Shown: positions 1 through 12,966 of the stretch, one piece after another
How the letters are laid out: each line of letters opens with the position of its first letter
How positions within the stretch are numbered: the stretch's first letter is position 1
From: Octopus sinensis
Taxonomy: Eukaryota
Length of the DNA: 64,000 bases
NCBI RefSeq assembly: GCF_006345805.1
Contig: NC_043003.1
Coordinates: 52,390,001 to 52,454,000 of the forward strand
Direction: 5' to 3'
Notes under the pieces: generated by a model
What the model was told of the DNA's origin: nothing
Seen by the model: only the letters and a program-made list of their open reading frames with translations
The model's database searches: none
Made by a program: the position numbers and the translations under genes

Positions 1-104
1 CTACATTGTTTATCTGGTTACTGTACTGTATTGTATGTTTCAATGCCTTGTGACTAATAAAGAAACAACTATTATTCATGTTAAGTAAAATTAAATAAAT
101 AAAA

Positions 105-355
105 GTCGTTCCCGATTCATAGACTTATAAGGTCGGTTTCTTGGATTCTGTGGCATATATCTTCCACCCTCGCCTCGCTGGACGGAACGCCGGTCCGTCG
201 CAGGATTGCTCATTTTATTTTTGCTATGTGAGTGGACTAGGGCAATGTGAAATGAAATGTTGTTCTGAAGAACCCAACACATCGTCCGGCATAGGAATTG
301 AAACCACAACCTTACGATCATGAGTGCAGCGCCCAACCACTAGGTCACGCGCCTC
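105..355 (-). mobile_element. tRNA-headed SINE (family A), degenerate
   Basis: Reverse strand begins tgaggcgcgtgacctagtggttggg...gtttcaattcc (A/B-box-like head); body motif ggacggaacgccggtccgtcgcagg is shared with the copy at 41397-41691. Confidence 0.7.
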
Positions 356-417
356 AACATTCCTTAATCGGAGAACCCTTCCTCACAAATTTCTGGCCTT
401 GAGCTTATGATATAGTG

Positions 418-750
418 AAGGCGCATGGCTCAGTGGTTAGAGCGTCGAGCTTACGATCGTGAGGTTGTGAGTTCGAATCTCGGACCGGACTGCGTGTTGT
501 GTTCTTGAGCAAGACTCTTAATTTCACGTTGCTCCAGTTCACTCAGCTGTAGAAATGAGTTGCGACGTCACAGGTGCCAAGCTGTATCGGCCTTTGCCTT
601 TCCCTTGGATAACACTGGTGGCGTGGAGAGGGAAGGCCGGTATGCAGGGGCGACTGCTGGTCTTCCATAAACAACCTTGCCCGGACTTGTGTCTGGAAGG
701 ATAACTTTGCAGGTGCTATCCCATGGTCATTCATGACCGAAAGGGGTCTC
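418..750 (+). mobile_element. tRNA-headed SINE with CORE-like central domain (family G)
   Basis: A-box tggctcagtgg, B-box gttcgaatc, then gttcttgagcaagactctt...gctccagttcactcagctg; homologous copy on minus strand at 37265-37850. Confidence 0.8.
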
Positions 751-1047
751 AGCTTTTGATAGAAATATTAGTTTCAAATTTCAGCTGCCCGCCCTATGTT
801 GGAAAATATTATCCTTGTTACATGCCATTGCAAGACATATTTCATGTGTTCTCATAAATGGATTACGTTTTGTCTTAGATATTTATGCGGAAATGTTATA
901 TAGAAAGTGATGAGATTATCGTTTGTTAACGATCTTTTTTTTGTAATCATATTTACATAAAACATCCGGCTTCTAGCAAAAATATCTCGAACCTTCTCTC
1001 CTCCAGGGAAGATTAATCTTCGAAACAGTAAAACAAAACGAACAAAA

Positions 1048-1217
1048 TATTCTTTTCTACTCTAGACACGAGGCCCGAAATTTTCGGGGAGGGGACTAGT
1101 CAATTAGATTGACACCAATACGCAGCTGGTACTTAATTTATCGACCCCGAAAGCAAAGTCGACCTCAGCGACATTTTAACTCAGAACGTAAAGACTGGCG
1201 AAATACCGATAAGCATT
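1048..1217 (-). mobile_element. SINE family D (D2 tail), 5'-truncated
   Basis: tattcttttctactctag...ggcccgaaattt...ctggtacttaatttatcgaccccgaaag...aactcagaacg matches other D copies. Confidence 0.75.
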
Positions 1218-1219
1218 AT

Positions 1220-1279
<60 letters not shown>

Positions 1280-1305
1280 GTATAATCTATCTATCTATCT
1301 ATCTA

Positions 1306-1354
<49 letters not shown>

Positions 1355-1355
1355 G
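1218..1355. repeat. (CA)n plus (TCTA)n microsatellite
   Basis: Direct reading of tandem units. Confidence 0.95.
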
Positions 1356-2262
1356 TTTCTCTGTTTGCCTGTCTTCTCTCTCTCAGCAATGAAAGAGAGT
1401 GGTAAGAGCCAAAGGATGATAAACAAATGCGGACCGACGAGGACTCATAGCCCATCACAGGAGAAAAATAAAAGAAGTGAAAAGGCCCAACTCCGTTTTA
1501 GAACTGTGAAAGAGAACTATAATCAGTGGGACGTGTGTGAAACTCAACAGTTCTCGATAAAAACAACGATGAATTGATTGATTTAATGCATGAACTGAGG
1601 GAATACATGCCAACCAAAATGTGCTGGGACATCAATTTGAAGGGTTTTATTTGAAGTCTAGTACTTTTTTCTTTACCCGAATCTCTAAGTTACAGGATGC
1701 AGACAAAACAATATTTATTGTCAAACGGTGAAAATTAAACACACGACAGGCCTACGCAGAGTTTCTCTTTGTTATACTCGTTCAAAAGGATTTTGTTGGC
1801 CCATGCTATAGTAGAAGATAGTCAAGAAGCAAAGCAGAAATTTTCACCACACGGCTATGTCTTTGCTCTTAATCTCGCTGAGCACGTGTAGAAACGATAT
1901 CGTAGTTTTATTGCCTCGCTTCGTCGCTGTCAGCAGGCACTATCAGTGTAGTGCTTTCAAGGCAAGCTTCATGTTTGCAACACTAAATGACTAAGAGTTA
2001 TAGTCACTGCTAGCATGTCAGTTTTATCTAACTTCCTGTTTTAACATCCACCAACTCCCTCTTTTTTTTAGATATTGTTGACATTAATTATCTACTGCAC
2101 CTTACCAATTCTTTAAATTATCCGCTTATCTAGCGCCGTCCATTAATGAGCTAGCAAGCGCGCAAATCGAGTTCAGAAGTTTTTTCTTTGTTTATATCGA
2201 CACTATCGGAATAACATTGCTATCTAATCTAACAACAAAGCAAAATTTTATAGCTATGTATA

Positions 2263-3527
2263 CGAAGGTGGGCTGCAAAGTTAATAGGCTGACCGAGAAG
2301 GAGTGACGCTAGAGCTGTGAAATCTTGCATGCATTAATTTTAGCTCTTATTAATAATTGAAGTGTTTCTTTACAGCTAAACCGACACCTGACTGTTCTAA
2401 GAAGACTTCAAATGCAACTAGTAGCGACTTCTCTTGAAAATTGACAAAATATGGCATCGTGGTGTTATCAAGTACCTGCAGAAAAAGGGTTTAGCCCCCA
2501 AGGACATTCACGCTCACAAAGTTGCTACATTAGGGAATGACACTTCAGCTTTACCAACAGTGAGCAGCTGAATTTAGGAAGGGAAAGGAGAGTCTAGAAG
2601 ATGACCGAAGGTCTGGACGTCCTGTAACTGCCACCGCCAAGGAAAAACATTGAGTGTGTTCACCACACGGGGAAGGGAAGACAGGATATTGCGTACAAAT
2701 CAAATAGGCAATGCTATTAGTATATCCCGTGAGAAATTTGAGAATATTCTGTACAATGAAATTGGTAAGACGAAAGTGTCTACTCGGTAGGTGCCATGTC
2801 TACAAACACCTGGCCAAAAGCGCAACAAGCTGATTACATTACGGGAAAGTCTGCCATTGTTCACAGCAGATCCAGCTAGTTTCCTTGAACGTTTCCTTAA
2901 GTCAGGACGAGTGTTGGGTTCATCACTTAGAAGTAGAGACAAAGAGGCAAGCTATACAATAGAAACACTCCTCACCTGTTCCAAAGAAGGATAACGTTGT
3001 TTCATCTGCAGGGAATGTGACGGTCTCAGTTTTTTGGGATGGAAAAAGCATTGTGTTTATTGACTATCTACACCATCAAGGGAGAGTACTATGCCAACTT
3101 GAAACAGTTACAAAAAACTACCCAGATCAAACGCTCAGGAAAACTGACGAAAGAGGTCTTGTTTCATCAGGATAATATTTCAGTATACAAGTCATTGGTT
3201 TCAATGGCTGCTGTGCGCGACTCTGGATCTGAACTGGCTGATTACTTTCTCCATTCTCTTGATTAGGTCCCATCTCACTATCATCTGTTCTCCAACATGA
3301 AAAAACACTTGACTGGGAACTAGTATCGCAGTGATGATGACGTCATATCTGTTATTGATGACTTATTTGATTAACAGGAAGAAAACTTCTTCACCAGTCC
3401 AAGTACTGCAACACCGATGGAAAAAATGTGTGGACCTCGAAGGGTGCTATGCTGAAAAATAAACCTCATTTGGTCACATTCCATGAGAATATATTGGTCA
3501 GCCTATGAACTTTTCAACCGACCCTCG
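2263..3527 (+). mobile_element. Full-length degenerate mariner (irritans/Hsmar2-like), ~1265 bp
   Basis: Imperfect ~32-bp TIRs (cgaaggtgggctgcaaagttaataggctgacc vs revcomp cgagggtcggttgaaaagttcataggctgacc), left TA; broken transposase: IWHRGVIKYLQKKGLAPKDIH, R*VPCLQT (WVPRLLT motif), VLFHQDN; stops and frameshifts. Confidence 0.85.
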
Positions 3528-3609
3528 GAGGCACCAGTTGAACCTCTACGGTACCGTTCTGCAGTGGCGCTTTCTGTGTCGTTCCACCCAACATAGAATG
3601 AATAAATAA

Positions 3610-3843
3610 TTAAATAATAGCAGACGTTCTCTGCTCGTAAATAATAAAAAAAAGGCAAGTCACGATAATTAACACACAAACAGTTGCAACAAGAACACTA
3701 ACAAAAATAATCATGGCGTCGCTTCGCTGACGAAAATTAGGACGGCTGTGGTCCATATTGTCTGCACGCTCGTTCGTGGCCGGTAAGGCCGATGTGGGAT
3801 CGACATATCCGATTGCAGTGATGACAGGGGTATGGTTGTCCAT
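3610..3843 (-). CDS. Candidate 77-aa single-transmembrane ORF or orphan exon
   Basis: ATG in aaaataATGG context; hydrophobic stretch AMIIFVSVLVATVCVLIIVTCLFFIIY; non-repetitive segment between two TEs; no recognised homolog. Confidence 0.25.
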   Translation of the reverse strand: MDNHTPVITAIGYVDPTSALPATNERADNMDHSRPNFRQRSDAMIIFVSVLVATVCVLIIVTCLFFIIYEQRTSAII

Positions 3844-3849
3844 TATTTT

Positions 3850-5760
3850 TTTTGCCTCTGACGTTTCTCTTCAAGAGAGACACACCAAGAGATCTCAAAG
3901 GAGGAAACAACATCGCTGATGGTATGTCGACAAACGACGCGGTCAGCAGTTAGAGTGGACTACTCACGATAATCAATGTCACAAACGCTAAGGGACTGCT
4001 TCAGGCAGTCCTTGTAACGCTTCCATGGTGCTCCCTGATGCGGTGGTGAGTGGTGAGCTCACCGTACATGATGATCTGGGATAGGCGGTGATCTTTCATC
4101 CTGCCTAATGTGCCCTGCCTAACGCAGTTGTGTCTCAAGTAAAATGGTTTCCAGGCTGGTGACCTTAGCTCGCTCAAGGACCTCAGTGTTGGTGATGTAG
4201 TCGCTCCGGTAAATGTTGAGGATGGTACGGAAGCAGTATTGGTGAAAACGTTCAAGGAACCTGAGATAATAGTAGTAGGGGACCCATAACTCAGAGCCAT
4301 ATTGGAACGTCGTGAGAACGACGGCCCTGTGGACGCTGACTTTTGTGCTGATCCTAAAATGCTTGTTGTTCCACACACGTTTGTACAGTCTGCCAAATGC
4401 TTTGTTTGCTTTTGCAAGTCTGCTGTCAATTTCTTTGTAGAAACTGGCAGCTGATGAAATGGTACATCCAAGATAAGTGAACTGCTGTACTAACTTCAGT
4501 TTTCTTTCAGCAATGGTGATGTGGGGTAGGCTGTACTCTTCCCGAGGAGCTGGCTGGTGTAGGACTTCAGTCTCTTTCAAGCTCATTTCCAACCTGAAGA
4601 GCTGGGCGGCCTCTGCAAAGCAGGATGTGATGCGCTGCAGGGCTCTTTCTCTGTGTGCGACAAGCGCGGCATCACCTGCAAAGAGGAGATTCAGGATCAG
4701 TTGCTCATGAGTCTTGGTCTTTGCCTGTAGGTGCCAGAGGTTGAAAAGATTGCATCCAGACGGTACATGATGTAGACGCCGTCTTCAGCGTCGAGGTCTG
4801 CAGTGGCCTGCTTGAACATCATGCTGAAGAAGATGCTGAAGAGAGTTAGTGCCAGGACACAACCCTGTTTTATGCCGTTGTTAATGGGAAATGGCTAAGA
4901 TATGTCGCTATTCAGGCGGGCTTGTCGTTGTTGGTCTTTGTGAAGCTGGATGATCATGATTAGGAATTTTGGGGGACAGCCAAATCGGTTTAGGATTTGT
5001 CACAGGCCTTTCCTGCTCACAGTGCCGAACGCTTTCGTCAGATCGACAAATGTTACATAAAGTGGTTTATTTTGCTCGCGGTACTTTTCTTGGAGCTGTC
5101 TGAGAATGAAAACCATATCTGTTGTGCTCTTGTTGGCCCTGAAACCTCATTGGCTTTCTGGAAGATGATTTTCGGCAATAGACAGAACAAGTCTGTTGAG
5201 GAATAATCTTACCAGAACTTTTCCTGCAATGGATAGCAGGGTGATCCCCCGGTAGTCTGAGCAGTCTAACATTTCCCCTTTGTTTTTGTACAGTGTAATG
5301 ATGACAGCATCGCAAAGATCTTGTGGCAGCTTGCCCTGTTCCCAGCATGCAACGAGGAGCTCGTAGAGTTTAGCATGTATGACAGGACCCCCATGCTTCC
5401 ATATCTCTGGTAGTATGCCATCGACTCCTGGTGCCCTTCTACTCTTCAGCCATCCAGGGATGGAGGCTCGTCTAGTTCCACTCAGACTGGTTGCTGCTGG
5501 ATGTGGAGGATTGCGTTTTCCTGGACAACTCGGGCTGCACTGAAGACGGCCTGAAAGTATTCAGACCAGCGGTTGAAGATGGATGCTGTGTCTGGGAAGC
5601 GCTTGGCCTTCTGAGCTGCGCAGGGGACTCCGGAGTTGATGTGCTTGATGTGTTGGGTTGTAAACTGCCTTGAGTGCTTCGCAGAACCCACTGTAGTCGC
5701 CAGAATCAGCGCACAGCTGTGTTCTCCGTGGCCCACCACTCATTCTGAACTTCATGGAGT
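3850..5760 (-). mobile_element. RTE-clade LINE, 5'-truncated, frameshifted RT
   Basis: Minus-strand LLFAGDAALVAH (FADD motif mutated), FTYLGCTIS...EIDSRLAKANKAFGRLYKRVWNN...TKVSVHRAVVLTT, RLSQIIMYGEL; typical RTE RT and C-terminal region. Confidence 0.9.
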
Positions 5761-5879
5761 TTGCGTTGCAGAAAGCTGCAGGCTTGGCGAAAGGCCGCTT
5801 TACTCAGTGGCGTAGTAACCCTTAGGTTACTGACCTCACTTAGGCACCTAAGCTTAGACAAGAAACCCAATAGTGCTAG

Positions 5880-6190
5880 CCCCATAAAGGCACTCAAAAC
5901 AACACACTCAGAACTTACAAAGTCCTCCATGGAGTACATAAGATCCCACTTCTCGCCCAATCTTTTAGATTTGTACCTACACGACATATCTAGACCTTCA
6001 CAAAGTGTACACACAGCTTTCTACACAACCCTTAATCTCATATACTCGTACTACAATCATTCTCTCTATCAAACCAGTAATATAGGAGAACATCAAATAC
6101 AACTAACCTTTTCACTCAAGAGATTAAACATTCGGGAGCCAAAAAACATTATGAGCTACATACAACTCCTCCACAACATTCATAACCATA
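5880..6190 (+). mobile_element. Highly degenerate LINE RT fragment (clade uncertain)
   Basis: FSPNLLDLYLHDI resembles the RT LSPxLFNxYxxDI motif; followed by TAFY..LNLIYS (decayed YADD region). Confidence 0.3.
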
Positions 6191-7880
6191 CATAAACTGG
6201 GACTCTGTCGGTTACGATGACGAGGGTTCCAGTTGATCTGATCAACGGAACAGCCGGCTCGTGAAATCAACCAGATATAAAAATAGGTTTGCAAAGGGCC
6301 AATACACCTACTTAGAAAAATTCAGAGTCACAGAAGCAAGGATGGCAATTCAAAACTAACAGTCAGAGTCGAGAACAGTGGAGAACGATATTGATAACCT
6401 ATGCTCCACATAGAAACTAAGGGCTCAAGTAAAAGTAAGTTCGAAGTACCCAAAGCACCATCTCAAGTTGTACATACAAAAAAGACTGCACAACAATACA
6501 AAAATACTGGAAATATCACAGTAAGTTCTAATTACCAAGTCCCAATATTTCGTCTCTCTTTACGTTCGAAATGCTGCTAACCATTTTCCCCAGTGTACTA
6601 ACAATTCTGCCAGCTCTCCACCTTCGTCGCCTTTCCAATATTGAGTCGACTTTGCCTTTCATCCTTTAGGGCATTGACAAAATAAGTACCAGTTGTGCAC
6701 TGGGGTCGATGGAATCGACTTGCCCTCACTTTCTCAAAATTGCTGGCCTTGTGCCAAAATTTGAAACCAATATTGATAATAATATCAATTATTACATCAC
6801 AAAACTATCTCGTGAAGAATAATAGAAAACAAAACAGGAATATAAGAAAAAAAAAAACAGAACGGTTTTCTGTTCTCAAGGAAGTCAGCAAATACAAAAT
6901 AGAAGCTACAATGAAAGAGATTACAAGAGAAAAAAAGGGGACAACGATAGAAATTGAAAAATGCTAAAGACTAAGATGGGGCCACCGCATGTCATGTTAA
7001 ATCTATGGTAAACATACTCTATGCATGGCCATTATCTGTGCTCATCAGGGCTGCACTAACTTCATTACCTTCAGTTTCTGTTTACTCCGCAAACATGTAT
7101 TCAAAATGTTCAGTTCTATAGATGCCCATAAGCAACTTAGATTGAATAAGAAAAAGCCGACGTTTTCATGGAAGCTAAGTTATAACTGTTATAGACTTTG
7201 AGAATCTATCAGGTACGTTTCACAATAGGTACATGTTTCACAATATCGAAGTCTACTTCCTTATCAATCTGCTCTTTATCTATTCTTTCGTCTTTCAAAA
7301 CGTCTAGTGTCTCGTTGGCTGTTTGAAGGCCAACTTCATACAGTTCCAGGGAGAGATAAACTCTTCTTATGTTTTTATTCGCAGTAAAAAGTATCAACAT
7401 GAAATGAAATAGAACTAGATATGCTCCTATCGTCTAATAAAATTGTGTGTTGAATGACTTAGAATACATGAAAACGAATAAAAAAATTCTATGGAAGCAA
7501 ATCTTGCAACATATTGAATTGATTTTGGACAGTACTCTAATGAATAAAGAGAAATCCACAGCTCCCACAAAAAAGGTATTTAATTGAACAGGTGAAAAAA
7601 GCAATGTGGGATGTACCAAATATAGTCGAAAGTCACATAATTCACACTGCGACTGATTTAACGTCTGTTCAACCCAAGCTAAATACTGTGTTAAATAGAT
7701 TAAAACTCAACATTAAAACAAAAAAATCAATATTCCATAGAACCATTCGTATCAAAATTATGCTTTTTGGTCAAGGATTGCCAGTATTATGTCTCCAACG
7801 AAATGAGTCGAAATACAATTATCTGTATTCAAAGATTCAAAGAAAAAGTTCACCAGTGAATGTAATCAGTGTATTCTAAT

Positions 7881-8200
7881 ACTCCGTCAGTTACGATGAC
7901 GAGGGTTCCAGTTGATCCGATTAGCAGAACAGCCTGCTCGTGAAATTAACGTGAAAGTGGCTGAGCACTCCACAGACACGAGCACCCTTCACGTAGTTCT
8001 CAGCGAGATTCAGCATTTCACAGAATGTGACAAGGCTGGCCTTTTGAAATACAGGTACTACTCATTTTTGCTAGCCGAGTGAACTGGAGCAACATGAAAT
8101 AAAGCGTCTTGCTCAAGGACATAATGCACGGCTGGTAATCGAACTCACAACCTTACGATTGCGAGCTGAATACCATAACCACCAAGCCACATACCTTCAC
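7881..8200 (-). mobile_element. tRNA/CORE-like SINE (family B)
   Basis: Head on reverse strand, CORE-like tccttgagcaagacgctttatttcatgttgctccagttcac; tail matches 26438-26730 and 6195-6275; near-TSD gtgtattcta/gtgtatacta. Confidence 0.8.
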
Positions 8201-9724
8201 GTGTATACTAGATAAAGATATTCAGCCAGCACAAAGTCACACTCTTATCTCTGGAGAACGATAACGAGATCCAAAGAAGATAAACAAGATGGGCTACAAG
8301 AGCCAAATAGGACTGCGGGTCAACGACAAACATTCTGGTTATTTCAAACACGCATAAGTTACATTATACTAATAAGCTACCGTCCACTCATCATGAAAGG
8401 AAATTGCTGCGCAATGGGGCTGCAAAAAAATTTTCTCAGTATGGTTTGTAGGAGGTGCCATAGAATCGGCTATAATGGAAAATTATGCCAAACGTTCGAA
8501 AATCTAACAAATTAAACAATGAAGATTTCCTAAATTGTATTACGAATTATTAGGCATATATTGTACATAAACATGTAGATAAAGCTTTAGAAAAATATTT
8601 ATCTTAACCCAAACAAACATTTGTAAAATAGAAAACTGATACAGGATCTCAGTCAATGTATTCTACTTCCACGAGTAGATCATTTGATACTTGTAGTCTG
8701 CTGATTCCTACGTCTGAATTATCAGGTTGGGCAAGATCTCCTTGATTCATGTGAGATAGAACTAAGATATTCAGGGCCTCAGAGAGAAATATTGCAATGC
8801 GGAACAAGATTGCTTTAGGGCCCCGCGGGTTGTGACATTCTCAAAATTGATATTTAAGGCCCAAATGAATCTTAAATACTCAATTTTGGGTTCTTTGAAT
8901 AATTATTTTTTGCAGAAAAAATGGTTATAATAAATACCAATAAAGACAGATTTTGGTTTATGATTACGAAAACACGACTAACATGTTAAAATATCTGAGT
9001 TTATCTGAATTATGACTACTAGTAAACTTTCGTAAATGCTATATTTTCTATGCACTAGAATGACCAGATAACAATATACGTTACACAAAGCAATGATAAA
9101 ACTATTCAGTGAAAGAAATGAATTTCTCTGGCCCGTTATCTGCGAACATTTTGTATAAAATTATCAAAACCAACTTCTCTGATAAAACTTGAATCAAAAT
9201 TCAATATTACTAAGTTAACAAATCAGGTTTCAACATGGCAGAGTTTTCGACGTTTGAGTTTTCTAAAAGATTCTGTTGCAGCTACCGCAGCTGGAAATGT
9301 TAACAATAGTCTCAAACTGTCACAAACATTTGGAAACAGCTCACAGAGTTTATATTTAATTAATAAATTTAATCAACGGCAAATGTGTTCCAAATTTTTT
9401 TCTCTGTACTAACGGTAAGTAAATATGGCGTTTCAGTAGCAAAAATTTCATCATTTAAGTTAATAAATTATCGATGTGCTAACTTGTGACTTTTTTTGCA
9501 GATACAGTGGAGTATTTTTTAGAAGAAACAGACACATTTTAACAGACGTTTTAATCACAGAAACGTAAATTTAACTCTGCAATAACATTAACTAATCAAA
9601 ACATAGCACGGATTTTTTTCGAGTTTGGCCTCTTCTGTTGTATCATCTGCACCTGGCTAGCATCAGGTGTTCTGTCGTTGTGTGCCTTTCTTTGCTTCTG
9701 ATTAACTCTTTCGCTGCCTTGAAG

Positions 9725-9962
9725 GCTTTGGTCAATCAGATCGACTCGAATATTTAGTTTTTATAATCTCGTACTTATCCTACTGTCTCTTTTTGCCGAA
9801 CCTCCAGGTTACGTGTACGTAAACAAGCCAACAACAGTTGTTAAGTGGTAAGAGACAAACGCAAGCGCGGACGCACTCAGTTTTCTAAGAATCTATGAGT
9901 CAGAAAAAATAGGCACTTGTACATGTGTCAATAGAGAGGGTATATTAATTATTTATGCAATA

Positions 9963-10014
<52 letters not shown>

Positions 10015-10550
10015 CTGATTCCTTCACAGTTTCCACCTACCAAATTTCACAGTAGGCGTAGGAGTGGCTGTGTGGTAAGTAGCTTGCTTACGAACCACAT
10101 GGTTCCATATTCAGTCCCACTGCGTGGCACCTTGGGCAAGTGTCTTTTACTAAAGCCTCGGGCCGAACAAAAACTTGTGTGTGGATTTGGTAGACGGAAA
10201 CTGAAAGAAGCCCGTCGAATATATGTATATGTGTGTGTGTGTGTGTGTGTTTGTGTGTCTGTGTTTGTACCCCAACATCGCTTGACAACCGATGCTGGTG
10301 TGTTTACGTCCCCGTAAATTAGCGGTTCGGCAAAAGAGACCGATAGAATAAGTACTAAGCTTACAAAGAATACGTCCTGGGGTCGATTTTCTCGACTAAA
10401 AAGGCAGGGCTCCAGCATGGCCACAGTCAAATGACTGACCACTGATTGGTGGGCGGGGTATATAATAGAAAAGACAGACCCAAAGAGCCACGTAGCGGGA
10501 CTGAATTGGAAACCACATGTTTCCGAAGCAAATCTCTTAACCACATAGCC
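9725..10550 (-). mobile_element. Old family-C SINE, split by a younger family-C copy
   Basis: 3' module at 9725-9860, internal (CA)n and middle at 9960-10050, head at 10440-10550, all reverse orientation. Confidence 0.6.
10053..10437 (+). mobile_element. Family-C SINE (bipartite, internal microsatellite)
   Basis: taggcgtaggagtggctgtgtggtaag head, ggcaccttgggcaagtgtctt CORE-like segment, internal (TG)n, 3' module ...ctccagcatggccacagtcaaatgactga. Confidence 0.85.
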
Positions 10551-11936
10551 ATATGTATATATTATATTATCAATGAACCGAAATAATGAGTTTTTGAAGG
10601 ATACTTAATATAGCGAGCTTTTCGTTTTGAATGTGTGCGGAGGGAGGTGTGGGGCTTGTGTCTTAAATCGTATGCTCTCTTATCAGCTGTGCAGATATGT
10701 TAATTATAAAACTAACTCTTAATTTACACATTACTGACTAATTGCTGACATGTTGCACATATTAGTCAGTTATTATCATGCTTTGAAATGTGTTTGATGA
10801 ATTTACCGAATTCAATGATCTGAACACTTGCCCTCTTCACCCACGTACTAGACAGTCTATGCTTTATGTGTATCACAATGTGTTTACCGTAACATAATTT
10901 TTTCAGGGCGAATGTATTATCCATGGGCACTCAGATGTTGTTCCTCTTTTATAAACTACGTAGAGTACCTTAATCATAATCCAGTAGAGTGAAACCCTGG
11001 TTCACTTATAACATACAATATCACAGTCGTAAAGATACAAACTAAAATTTTCTGCAATGAGAAATTTGCTATGTGCGTGTGCAACGTGTTAAATGTTAAT
11101 ATCAATCAATCAATCAATTAATCAATCAATCAAGGTAAAACCAAACAAAACTAAACAAACTGTAAGTAAACAAGAGAATGAACGTCGGCGGATTTGAATT
11201 CCTAAATAAAAAATTATGGAAATATTTCTAATGTCGTTCGAATTGATTCATGCTTTTCTATTGTTATTGGTATAAATGTTACAACTGCTATTAGTTCTAT
11301 TACAGCTATCACATTTTTTTTACTACTACTACTACTCGGGAATGGAAAACATCTTTAAGATAAGTGTTACAGAACAACAAGATGTAACGTTATCATGCAT
11401 GTCACTCAACTTTGCAACATTAGTCGGCATATCTTGTGCAGAAAAGTAAATCAACATGTATAAGGAAATATATATAAAGTGAAACAGATAAAAAATCTCC
11501 CAGATTATTGCAAGCATAAAACAATGGAAAAATTTTTACAGCCACAATTTTTACTTTTAACTCCATCCGGTAAAGTGATTACAATGATATTGCATTTTTC
11601 AGAATATCTTAAGCAAGACCACAACAATTGAGGAAGGAAAAACATTATTATTAATAAACTATATTTCTACAAATATTCATGAACGTATTAAGTTATGTAA
11701 ATACTTTACAAATTGCCTTAGCGAACTAGAGACCCTCTTCTTTTAAAACAAATGTTGAAACTAAACTGGATGAAATTTCTTACAGCTGTTAATAATATGT
11801 GTTGTGCATTAACTGCAGCAGTTGCATTTCAAAGCTATGTATAATATTGTGCAATGTGAAATTTATCATGTGCTCATGAATATAATAATATAAATAATAT
11901 CAATCAAAGTGTGCATGCAGTGGTTCAACTGTCATA

Positions 11937-12802
11937 TGGGTGGAAAGTAATTAGGCATTAGAAATTGCTTATAGAATTTTTAGTATCACTAAAGTCATGA
12001 CGAAAACACTTTTTAAACAGACAACACTAATAGGGATTTCTTATTTTCTTATCTTATTTCTTATTTCTTATTTTCCAGATGGCCTGTCGCTTGACTGATC
12101 AGGAGCGAGCTAAGATAGCAGCACGCTATGAAGTGTGGAATTCCATTGTTTTGGTTCAGAGATGGTGGCGTTCATGGGAAGGTAAGCATGCAACACTACG
12201 TTCGGAGACAACTTGGTCATGCAAAGCTGATGACCACGGGCTCTGTGAACGATGCAAGAAGAAGTGGCCATCCAACCATATCCCGATCGGCAGAGAACGT
12301 GGTAACAGTGCAGGAAGTGTTTAATCGCATCCCACAAAAACCAACACGTCAAGTAGCTCGGGAAAGTGGACTAAAAAGACAAACAATGCGTACGGTGTTG
12401 CATGAAGAATTGAATTTTCGTCCGTGGAAACCCCATTACGTGCAGGAGCTAAAACCTGAAGACTGTGACCGCAGAAGTTCAGAACTTCAAGAAGTCCAGA
12501 TCTCACTCTATGTGATTTTTACCTGTGCGGTTACACAAAAGAAGGGATGTACAAGACAAAACCTTGGAGACACGGATTCAGGAGGTTCTCAGTGATATTC
12601 CAGATGACGTCCTTCAGAAGGTTGTTCATTCCAGCCCTGGTCGTTTGAGGAAACTGGTTGACGCCACAGGTGCTTACGTTGAAATATGAAGATTTACTTT
12701 CATTTTCCCGTGTAATAAAGAACATTTGTAATTTGCTTCGATAATTTTATAAAAGGAATATGGATTTTATTACCAATTTCTAATGCCTACTTACTTTTCA
12801 TC

Positions 12803-12805
<3 letters not shown>
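11937..12805 (+). mobile_element. Internally deleted Tc1/mariner-superfamily element (DUF4817-type HTH N-terminus)
   Basis: ~30-bp TIRs gggtggaaagtaattaggcattagaaattg vs revcomp ggatgaaaagtaagtaggcattagaaattg; MACRLTDQERAKIAARYEVWNSIVLVQRWW..., TGSVNDARRSGHP; jumps directly to a decayed SPDLTxCDFYL-type region and RLRKLVDATGAYVEI*; central catalytic region missing. Confidence 0.8.
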
Positions 12806-12858
<53 letters not shown>

Positions 12859-12966
12859 CAAATACATATGTGTGTGTGTGTTTGTATGTGCGTATTCACA
12901 CATATGTATGTATATTTATGCATGCATGTTTATATATATAGGTATATGTATATGTATACTAGGTAT

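Noticed and set aside
418-490. tRNA-like sequences (also 26438, 41620-41690 and others)
   Set aside because: SINE heads: A/B boxes continue into SINE bodies, with no complete acceptor stem
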